The notes beneath the pieces were generated by a model that saw only the letters and a list, made by a program, of their open reading frames with translations, was not told the origin of the DNA and did no database searches. A stretch of DNA of 41,588 nt from Paraphysomonas bandaiensis. Its lineage: Eukaryota > Protista > Chrysophyceae. Position 1 is the stretch's first letter; each line of letters opens with the position of its first letter. Location of the stretch: the NCBI GenBank assembly GCA_965644295.1, contig CBFFRP010000420.1:1-41588 (forward strand), written 5' to 3'. A program made the position numbers and the translations under genes. Positions 1-9,329 of the stretch are shown one piece after another.

Positions 1-119
1 CATAGACGGGACTATCACCTCCATGGTGCAATTTTCCTTAGAGACTTTGCCCGGTACGTTGAGCTGACTTAAGCTTCTTGGACTACAATTCCGAAGATTT
101 TCAGTCAGAGCTCTTCCCG

Positions 120-173
<54 letters not shown>

Positions 174-216
174 TATATGCTTAAATTCAGCGGGTAATCT
201 TGACTGATTGGAGGTC
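1..216 (-). rRNA. 28S (LSU) rRNA, 5' end, continues off the left edge
   Basis: ITS4-primer-like site TCCTCCGCTTAGTTATATGC at 161-180; reverse complement reads GACCTCCAATCAG...ACCCGCTGAATTTAAGCAT, the conserved LSU 5' end. Confidence 0.97.
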
Positions 217-420
217 CGAACGGATACTCACCGGGGCTCCTTTTACGCTAGAGATGATGAAAGCGCGGTGCTTCAGAACCATAAGGTACCTGTCACGTCG
301 CGCCACCTAACTCAAGCAGAGCAGGGGGCGAGTTCGGATTAGTGTCTCATCTAAGCACATTGACTGGCAAAGCCAAAGGCCGACCCAGCTAAGCCAACAA
401 GGATTAACTGTGGGGATGAA
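217..420 (-). other. ITS2
   Basis: Lies between 5.8S and 28S; boundaries approximate. Confidence 0.85.
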
Positions 421-575
421 CGACACTCTCAGCCAGACATACTCCCGAGTAACCGGAAGTGCAAGTTGCGTTCAAAATTTTGATGACTCACTAAGATTTG
501 CAATTCGCATTACGTATCGCATTTCGCTGCGTTCTTCATCGTTGTGGGAGCCAAGACGTCCGTTTGCTGAAAGTG
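421..575 (-). rRNA. 5.8S rRNA
   Basis: Reverse complement contains GGCTCCCACAACGATGAAGAACGCAGCGAAATGCGATACGTAATGCGAATTGCA and TTTGAACGCA (stramenopile-type 5.8S). Confidence 0.96.
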
Positions 576-791
576 GACTTAACGTTACTTCATATTCTCT
601 TCCAGACCAAAGCCTTTCGAGTACAATGAGTTTCACGGTCAGGATAGTTGATCATCACACTTCTAGGAAGTGGATAAAATGTTGTTGGGCTCTCACTCTT
701 CGGCCGAAACCGAAAAGGATTGCCAAAATAGTTTAGTTCACGGGTCATACCAAGTAACTCCCGAAGGAGTCACAAGGCAGTTGAGGTGTGG
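576..791 (-). other. ITS1
   Basis: Lies between the 18S 3' end (GGATCATTA) and 5.8S. Confidence 0.85.
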
Positions 792-838
<47 letters not shown>

Positions 839-943
839 ACCTTCCTCTAAATGATGAGGTTTAAACAACTTTCCACAGTTCGGTTGCCCGAAAGCATCCG
901 ATCCGCGGTCCGAAATTTTCACCGAACCATTCAATCGGTAGGT

Positions 944-977
<34 letters not shown>

Positions 978-978
978 A

Positions 979-1021
<43 letters not shown>

Positions 1022-1149
1022 CAAGATTCGCAGAATTGCAAAAATCTATCCCTAATACGATACACATTTACAAGATTACCCAGGACCTTTCGGACAAGGT
1101 GGACTCGTTGCGTGTATCATTGTAGCGCGCGTGCGGCCCAGGACATCTA
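792..1149 (-). rRNA. 18S (SSU) rRNA, 3' ~360 nt only, 5'-truncated at a transposon junction
   Basis: TGATCCTTCCGCAGGTTCACCTAC, GGGCGGTGTGTACAAAGGGCAGGGAC and GTGCGGCCCAGGACATCTA are present; the expected continuation AGGGCATCACAGACC is absent after 1149. Confidence 0.96.
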
Positions 1150-1274
1150 CACTACGAATTGTTCTTATCAAATAAGGTTTGGTACTCATTATTATTGTTT
1201 GTTATAAAATGAATCAACAGGAACCACACATCTATGAGTTTTCGGAGGAAGAATCCTTCAGAGAGGAGTTTCAG
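1150..1274 (+). repeat. Left TIR of the MULE
   Basis: Inverted match to 5479-5605; the outermost ~20 nt align weakly. Confidence 0.8.
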
Positions 1275-1674
1275 GAAAGGGGAAATGCGAGAGTTGTGAT
1301 TTCTCTCATAACAGGGGAATCTTTGGAGGAAGAACCCCTCAAGGAAGAGTCAGAGGAAAGGGGAGATTCTTCCATTAGTAAGTTTCCTATACTACGATTT
1401 AAATCTAACTATATATGCATGTTTCAAAGAAGAATCCACTGATAAGAAAAGGAAAAGAGACGCGGTGGAGAGCGAAAGCTCATCCTCCTCATCCGAGCCA
1501 TCCAAGGAGGACCCCCTAAATAAATTCGTCATATGCACACACTGTAAAAATAAAGTCTACGCAACGCCCTATAGTAGCAGAGTAGGCATTTTTTTCTCGT
1601 GTAGCTGTAAGCCTCGCAACGGGAAAGGCGAGAATGCACGCTTCTTCAGGCGAGATACCTCCGAGAGAGCATAA
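1209..1674 (+). CDS. MULE accessory protein (~137 aa): acidic N-terminus, KKRKR NLS, C-terminal CxxC...CxC zinc-finger-like segment; exons 1209-1377, 1430-1674
   Basis: A GTAAG...CTAAC...AAG intron (1378-1429) joins the two ORF-track pieces in frame: MNQQEPHIYEFSEEESFREEFQ...KESTDKKRKRDAVES...CTHCKNK...FFSCSCK...FFRRD. Confidence 0.65.
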
Positions 1675-2721
1675 TGGAAAATGCTGATCACTATTCTATG
1701 TAATTGAGAGTTCAGTGAATCACCTTATCTGAAATAAAAGTGACTCGTAATACGAAGCATCATTTACTCAATAAACATAAGAGGTCCCAATCTAAATTCC
1801 ATTACACTATATATCTCTTTACTTAGCAATATGTATGTCATGCCTTTCGATAGTTGATAAATGTCTCACTTAAAACACATTCATTATAGTTCTACAATAT
1901 AAAAATTGTAACATTTGCTCCAATGCCCCCCCCTATGCCCCCTGTCTGTGTGGCTGTGTATCTCCATTTGTTCCTATGTCTGCATGAATCACCTCATTCA
2001 TCAACCTAGTCACCGTATCTACATAAGTTGTGTTCCTAGTGCTTTAAATTTGCACAAAACATACACAGGTTTACACCCCCATCTCACGTAGAATATGTGG
2101 TATAGTAATCATGTGTGGGTCACACAATTATTGTGTGGGTAATATATAATATATATATAGTTAGGGCTTGGTTGCTGGCCACGCACAAGAGATACACATG
2201 TGTTGGGTTCTGCAGTATGATGTGATACCTATTGTGCAATTAAAGTGAGTTAATAGTATGCACTACAGGTAAAATCTACCCATAGTTTACTTTAATATAG
2301 CGGGTATATATAGTTATAAAGAAAGTAAATTCAGGTACTGATGTGTGACTATATAAGATTTAGGTTATTGACAGTGAACATATTATGATAAACAGATAGA
2401 TATTAATGGTAACAGATGTTTTCCAGATGCTACATGAATATGATGTGAAGTGTTCATATAAATAATTATAATTATTTCTTGAAAATACGTTATGTGTGCA
2501 ACTAAGCAAGTTTAAGGTTTACGTCTAGAACAAAAAGTCAACTTCAGTACGAGTTATTATACTCCAACAACATCATATATGCATTGCATAATAAAATAAG
2601 TAGTAAAATAACCAAAATCAATCTATTTACATATTTTCCAACATTTTCCAACAATATAATAATGCTACAATTTACGTTAATGATACATATATATACAGTA
2701 GTACGATATGTATAGCTAGCC

Positions 2722-5538
2722 CTAATAGCCTTGTCTCGCCTTTCGACTCTTGTCCTTATTTCTAACAGGGGCATTACAGCAAACTTCACCTACCTCTGGG
2801 CTGTTGTTGTGGTGGACAGACACGCTATTTTCACTCTCCAATACATTTTTCCACTTGTCACCAACCAAAGACGAAATGTATGACCGCATGTGTCTCATTT
2901 CTGATCGCGCGTATACAACAGCCAACCAATGACGACAAGGTACAAGCCACCGTCCACTGTAGCCGCAGGTGCAGGATATCTTGTACTTTCCATTGGACAT
3001 GCACTGTGTTCTAACTCGCCTTGGCATTGATGTCCACAGATCGTCAGTGGTTTTTCTGTGAAATGGATCCAGAGTTACTTCGAATTCATCTCCTGATTCT
3101 ATCACGGCCACGTCATACCTGATGAGTTAGGGTCAGAGAAATTTGTAAAAAGCTAGGTAATTATAATTACGCACTTACTTTTGTGATAATAGAGCTTGTC
3201 TCTCAATTCGTAGATAGACTGGCCTATACAATTGACTCTCCAAACGCATGACATCTGGTAGCAATACTAGATGGGTGGTGAGTTTATTCAACGCGCTTTT
3301 CTCATTTTGCATGTGCAATTTTTTCTGGTGGTTACTGAGTTTCAGTAATTCATTTCCCAAATCGACCAATGTCGTCGCATGTGTAGTTCTAGTTGCCAAT
3401 ATTGAATTGATGCTTTCATTTCGTTGGGATGAATGCCAACCAAATGTTGGTAACTCCTCTATCAGTATATATCTATGTACAAATCTCGGCCATATGGAGC
3501 GTAATGTGTTCACCCAAGGGATTCGGCAGTGCAATGGATCAGCGGAGACAGGGTGAGGGTCACGTAGAGAAGTAGTAGTAGCAGGGAGAGGAACATCAGT
3601 GCAGACAACAGCAGGCACAGAGGCACAGTACACCTGGTAATTTTTGGTACACACATTACATCTACATAAATTCATGTTTGCATCTTTCCTCGTATTAGTA
3701 ATAGTAATTCGGTTCATTATGTTGCTGTTGATTGCGTCATTTATTTTCCCCACAATTACTGTCCACTGTTGATCAGCTCTGTCTCCAACTGAACGAATAC
3801 AATCAATTTTGCAAAAGCGCCAGAGCATATTGATAACTTCATCTACATCTTCGCTTTTCAAATGACGGCGTAAGTGCTTAGGACCATTCCGGTCAATTAC
3901 ATGCCATTCACAAAATAGGTGTCTGGTAGTTTGACCATTAATAGAAGTACTGGTCTCAAAATCTTCATACGCTGGAAGCGTATATCCTTGTATCGCATGG
4001 TTCACACGGTCAATCAACACATCTTTGGCCCCAGAAACTTGGACCCCATAAGCTACTAAGATTTGTTTGAGCTCCTTAATAGTTAGAATACTCGGCTGTG
4101 CAATAAATTCTTGTATGAGGATTTCAACATTGGAAGGTAGAGAGGGGTGACTACTATCCACAGAACCAGACGAACCAGCATCGCACGCATTTTTGTCGCT
4201 CTTCAGTGCCCGGCAACATTCTCTAAAACCTTGGGCCATGTGGGGATCCTGGTCTGTCATTAATATCTTAGCAAACCGGTTGCCGCATATCTCATAATAG
4301 CACGTCCACACAAATTTAAAGCTGCGCACCGTCGAATAGAGTTGCAGAACGTGGCCTAACATGAAAGTCTTATCATGTGCATCTACTCCAGTAAACGTTC
4401 CCACCTTATAACCGTATTTAGTTACATCATGGCTGTCGTCATAACCATGAACATCATGCCAACCTCTCGCCATCGAAATTTCCCAAGAATATGCAAACAC
4501 AGCAGTAGTCACATATCCGTTCCCATTTCCCTCGCTAGTCTCGCATTTGAAGTAATTCTTCGGATCACTTCTAATTTCACGAATGAAGGCTTGTGTGTCC
4601 TCAGACATCACACGATCATATCCAGTCAAACGAATTATTCGTATATAAAGTGAATGCTCCGTGATTTCGTTTAGTGCTATAATTGAACTATTTGTTGATG
4701 ACATAGCCATTAAAGATTCCATAAGCTCTCTCCGATTATACTGGTTTGTTCTAAATAGTTTTATAGCATGATCCCAAAACGATTCCACGTCATGATGACT
4801 ATATGTGGCAAGTTCTACTTGAGGGGACGAGGTGAGATCATGGTTATGGTCACACTCCGGAAAGGCAATAATATACACCCCTGGATTTACAACAACTGAG
4901 TTATGATTATCGTCCTCGTAGTGGATCGTCTTCAGGACATTCACACAAGTCAGGGATACTTGACAGCCTGTAAGTTTTGTTGTAGTTCTTTTCACAGGTA
5001 CATGCAGCTCAGTTTCTTTGGATTTGTAGTTACCACTCCTTTCACATAACAATTTAAAAGTATTGGAGTCATAATCAAGATTGTTCTTCTTGAACTATAG
5101 TATGTATGTGACAATGAGTAATATATTTGACTATTATTAATTGCACCTTCACTCCACGAGGATATCCAATCACATTTACATTCGTCAAACAATCAGCCAT
5201 ATCTTTCTTTTTCTCACTCGCATCGTAAATATTGATAGCTCGCTCCAAAATCGGCACACCAACAAAGATGGTCAACCATCCCGGCGTTCCTGTTGGGTTG
5301 AATATTTTCTTTATCGTAGCAATCTGCGGGCCACGCTTCCTTTTATTCCCAGACACTGATTGCTCTAAAACATATACATAACAACAACCATATATATCAA
5401 TTATTTTTTACCTTCGGAAACAGATACATCAGCAGCAGTTTCCGGAATCGCATCTCTCTCATCACTCTTCTGCTCCCACTGAAACTCTTCTCTGAAGGAT
5501 TCTTCCTCCAAATATTCCTCTATGATCTCCTGATTCAT
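2722..5538 (-). CDS. MULE/FAR1-type transposase (~885 aa); exons 5538-5412, 5364-5147, 5094-3179, 3118-2722
   Basis: FAR1/WRKY-GCM1-like CER...GC...HNH; MULE core YDDSH...GVDAH...MTDQD; HLFCEWH (CxxH); SSQRNES (catalytic E); SWIM finger CTC...PCRH; three GT-AG introns (47, 52, 60 nt) restore one frame. Confidence 0.9.
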
Positions 5539-5605
5539 TCTTTATATATCAGTCACAATAATAATGAGTAACAAACCTTATTTCATATGAGCTATCATAT
5601 CAGTG
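5479..5605 (-). repeat. Right TIR of the MULE, contains the transposase ATG
   Basis: Inverted match to 1150-1274. Confidence 0.8.
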
Positions 5606-6235
5606 TATATGGACTGATATAAGGTAACACTTGAATTGGACTGATTACATGAATGTATATATATGTAGCTAGAGTAGTATATGTCCTGTTCTAGGTGCTG
5701 TATATGATTGTGTAGTGTATGGAGTATACATATGTGTACTCTGCTGTATATATGGTAGAGTGTGAGACAGTGTGAAATCAAGTAATCGAAATGTTGGAGT
5801 AGGAAGATTCATTTTTTTACGTATTTCACGGTATTACTGGTATTACGTTTCCAGGTCAGATTCCATTCCCTGGTTTCCTGTACGCCACCCGACAGTGTAT
5901 GGTGTATTGTAGACATCACGTATAATACAGCAGTATACTTGAGAAGATATGGACATCTAGGTAACCCGTATAACCGGGTATACCGGTACACTGCGGTATG
6001 TATGTGGCCTCTCTCCGTGCGTCCACAGCCCAGCCTGCTGTGTGTCCATATATCCAGGCAGTTAGATATGGAACATGCATCAGCTCAGGGTAAAGAGCAA
6101 AGCCGTGTTCTAGAAATATCACTAGTATTCAGGGATAGATAACTGCCTTAACACTTTGACAATGCATAAAAATAACTCATAAGGCTCTATTGATGCATCA
6201 ATGAGGGGTCTTTCATTCAGTGGAATTTATAGGCA

Positions 6236-6506
6236 AGTAGTGAATGTCTTATTGTTAGCAATAGGCATTTAAGACGCAGTGGTTAACTCTGATATCCTCA
6301 TATTTAACGCTACGAAAGCGGCTTGTGTGTCACCACAAGCACCAAGTGCAACCACTTTCGCTCTAACGCAGTGAGCAAGCAGATTGTTGATATACCTGAC
6401 ATCTGCTGACCTCAAGGTGAACAGCCCGGATGCTTGACTGCAGTAGACAGCCCAATACCCCGGATGTCCTCGAGGTGGGCCCATTCCAGATGCGAGTCCG
6501 ACTTTG
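6236..6506. repeat. Dispersed non-coding repeat, copy 1 (internally deleted)
   Basis: Shares GTCTTATT.TTAGCAATAGGC, GCTTGTG.GTCACC.CAAGCACC, CCCGGATGCTTGACT and AGTCCGACTTTG with copies at ~13.0, 17.3, 29.9 and 30.5/38.9 kb. Confidence 0.9.
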
Positions 6507-6929
6507 AACATCTCGTACCACCATATCTACATACTACTTAGATCATAGATAGTTGTACAAAGTACAAAGATACATCTATAGGCTAACCAAGTATAGTAGC
6601 ATACTAATGTAGTAGAGGTGTATGACGTAATCATATCTAGTGATAGCGATATCGACCAAGTGCCAGTAAGTAACTGAATTTTAATATTTGTTACTTGTTA
6701 CTTCATCTATACACATCACTAAGTTTTGTAAAATATCGCTTCTTACATTGTTTAATATATAATACAATATCAGATTTCACTAGAAATGCGCGCAAAAATT
6801 GCTTCATTCTAACTACCATGAATCATGTCAAAGATACACGGTGTTTCACATTCCAAGCATTTTACACAAACACAAGCACTGGATGTACAGATCGATATGA
6901 TGTACACTACATACTAAATCCGCTTCATA

Positions 6930-8592
6930 CTAATGAATTGTAAACTTTGCATTAAACTGCTTCGCATGTTTGAAGTAAATAGAATTCCCTTCTAGTGCTT
7001 TCTTCGATTCTGTTACCGCAAATACGAAGCGCTTCGCTTCGATAACTGTATCAAAGTCAAAAGACCATTTTCTTCTGTCCGGAAAAGAGATGACGATGGA
7101 ATTTCCACTTGGGCTTTCTTTAGTAATATAAGTGCTAGCCTCAATTATGCTGACCGCATGACGGGGCTTTGTATCCCCACAGTACTGATAAAAGAGCATG
7201 TTAAGCTCCACAAGACACACCCACCACTTAGTCTTTCGCTCTGGCACCCCGGTTCCTTTGCTGCGCCCATTGTGCATCACATACTGGTCGGCGACTCTAC
7301 GCAACACGTCCAATGGCGGTCCATGCATATTTGCGCATAAAGAAGTAACGGTGCTGAGGGCGTTGTACCGTATCTGGCAGGTTCTATTTTGCACAGGAAT
7401 GTCTGGGGTTGTTGGCCTGGGAGCGATGCCAGCTGCACTAGCAGGTCGAGCTGCATGAGGCAAGTGAAATACTGTTCTCTCCACTCGCGTCTCCTGTGGC
7501 ATCCACTGCAAAAAAGAGTCACTTCACACAACAAGCACGTTATCTAAACATACTTGGATATTCTCACTCATTGTGAGGGTATGAACTTGGTTCTCCTCAA
7601 ATGGATCGACATCACGGAGTGCGAGTTGTGCTTGTGCTGCAATGATCATATTTTGACCTTCAGACCTTATCACTGACAAATATAAGGAGACATTTGAAGA
7701 GCATCCCGGGATAAGAAACCCTAAACAATACGTCAAATTAGTAATTGGAATTTGCATAGTTGTGACAGACACCTTCAAGAAGAGCTTTTCCGTATTCTTT
7801 GTCCATTCTGAATAATTGGTAGTTTTTGAACTTGTCCACCACAGTCCATACAACCATGCAACAGTTATCAATCTTTGGCAAGTTCAATATATCTAACAGC
7901 AGTACTCTAATTTGATTCCGTCGCAGCTGGTTAAATTTGGTTCTAATTATATGTCGCCTCAGTACGGACTGCATGGTAATAGCCAATCGACGCTGTTTCT
8001 TGAAGCGGAGCCTGGCGATGTGAGTTCGCATTGACGACACAATTCTTGCAACAAGCTTTCTCATTTTCCTCTCCTTTTTCAGTCGTCGAAGTTCCTGGTG
8101 ATAATACTGCAATTCTTCTTTCTCGAATTCCTGACAGTAAGCACAGTTATACTCAAGGAATGCGGCTTCATCTTCTGTTTCATCATGACGAATGATAGTG
8201 TGAGCAGTGGGGTTGTTATCAACACAAGGTATATGGACAATTGTATCGCATGTTCGGCAAACAATGGACTCATATATAGCCGGCGCTTCACATATATCGC
8301 ACATCAGCTGTGATCCCCAGTGTCTTTCCCATTCAGTGGTAGGTTCCGGGTATTGCAAATTGAGAAGAGACTTCTTGCAGGAATGTGACTTATTTCTGAT
8401 CTTATCCTTTATCTTTTTCGTTAACTTCTTGGCGACAACCGTACGAGCCCACACACTCTTAAAGAAATCTCCAATATCTTCCGTATCTGCTATCTCGACG
8501 TTCCCCTCGGGAGACACATCCTTTGCCGTCTTCTCGCAATATATAGTGGACCATTTCTTCGTTCGAACTTTTCTTTTATCCGCCAACGACAT
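6930..8592 (-). CDS. Uncharacterised ~520-aa protein with PHD/RING-like zinc finger, IQ-like motifs and a possible C-terminal PH-like region; exons 8592-7773, 7720-7554, 7505-6930
   Basis: CDIC...CRTC...HIPC...CAYC (C4HC3 pattern); TMQSVLRRHIIR (IQ-like); two GT-AG introns of 52 and 48 nt join three ORF-track pieces in frame. Confidence 0.75.
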
Positions 8593-9329
8593 AATAGATA
8601 CTGATTATGAATTAATCCAATAACAAACGCAGTAAACACAGTAACAATACTGGGAGTAAGTACAGTCTGGGCGCTACTACGTCGTAGTTATCAATAACTA
8701 GTTCATAAGGATTTACAGTAGCATTCACTAATCTAAAAGGAAATAAAATAACGATGATATGGATGAGCTAAATTCCATGGTCTTTGCAATGAAGGAGATC
8801 GTAATGTCTGTGGTGTAGTATATGAGTCTACCATATATATCATGTATGGAAATAGAAGCACAGTGCATGAGACCATGTGCATGATGAGATGTAACTGTAA
8901 TATACTGCTGTACATGAGCGTATGTGGTTAGTATACCGTATACTGCGTATAATATAGTAATACAGTGTATTGTAACTGTATTTTGCTTGTATTAAGCAAA
9001 GTGAAACTGATACAAGTGAGAAGTTACACTTATTTTTTTGTGTATGACTCCTCTACACAACTCTTCATACATACATAGTCGTACACTACACACACCCTCC
9101 CTACATAAGATCATCATACAGTGAAGTGAGAGGAAGTGAAGGTCACATGCAGCTGTGTGAGTGTGATATGCAGGCGGATCTCTCTCTATATATGTATATG
9201 CATGTACATGTGCCGTATATAGAGTCCTTATCACAGTAATCTAATCACAGTGTGATCTATCAGTCTATACAGAGAGGTGACCTCTATTCAATCGAACCAC
9301 CCACTGCGTTGCATTCTTAAGAATTAACC

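Larger units (their letters stand above)
1150..5605 (-). mobile_element. Mutator-like (MULE/MuDR) DNA transposon with two convergent genes
   Basis: Imperfect ~125-bp inverted termini (1150-1274, 5479-5605) share AAATAAGGTTTG.TACTCATTATTATTGT and GGAGGAAGAATCCTTCAGAGA.GAGTTTCAG; both begin CACT and are flanked by TA; encloses a MULE transposase. Confidence 0.85.

Noticed and set aside
410-1067. ORFs within the rDNA
   Set aside because: Spurious translations of 5.8S, ITS and 18S sequence.
1150-1155. CACTA/EnSpm classification from the CACTAC terminus
   Set aside because: The encoded transposase has MULE/FAR1 motifs and a SWIM finger, not TnpD motifs.
1149-1700. Group I intron in 18S (the insert ends in G after an exon U, near known SSU intron sites)
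   Set aside because: No P7 or P/Q/R/S core is visible, the upstream exon is missing, and the sequence is explained as a TIR plus a spliced gene.
5951-5959. GGACATCTA, identical to 1141-1149, as a 9-bp MULE TSD
   Set aside because: It lies ~345 bp beyond the right TIR and 18S does not resume after it; treated as probable chance, but worth rechecking once family ends are defined.
6140-6230. TTAA-bounded possible piggyBac/Kolobok-type relic ends (also ~13670 and ~39160-39280)
   Set aside because: No matching partner TIR found by eye.
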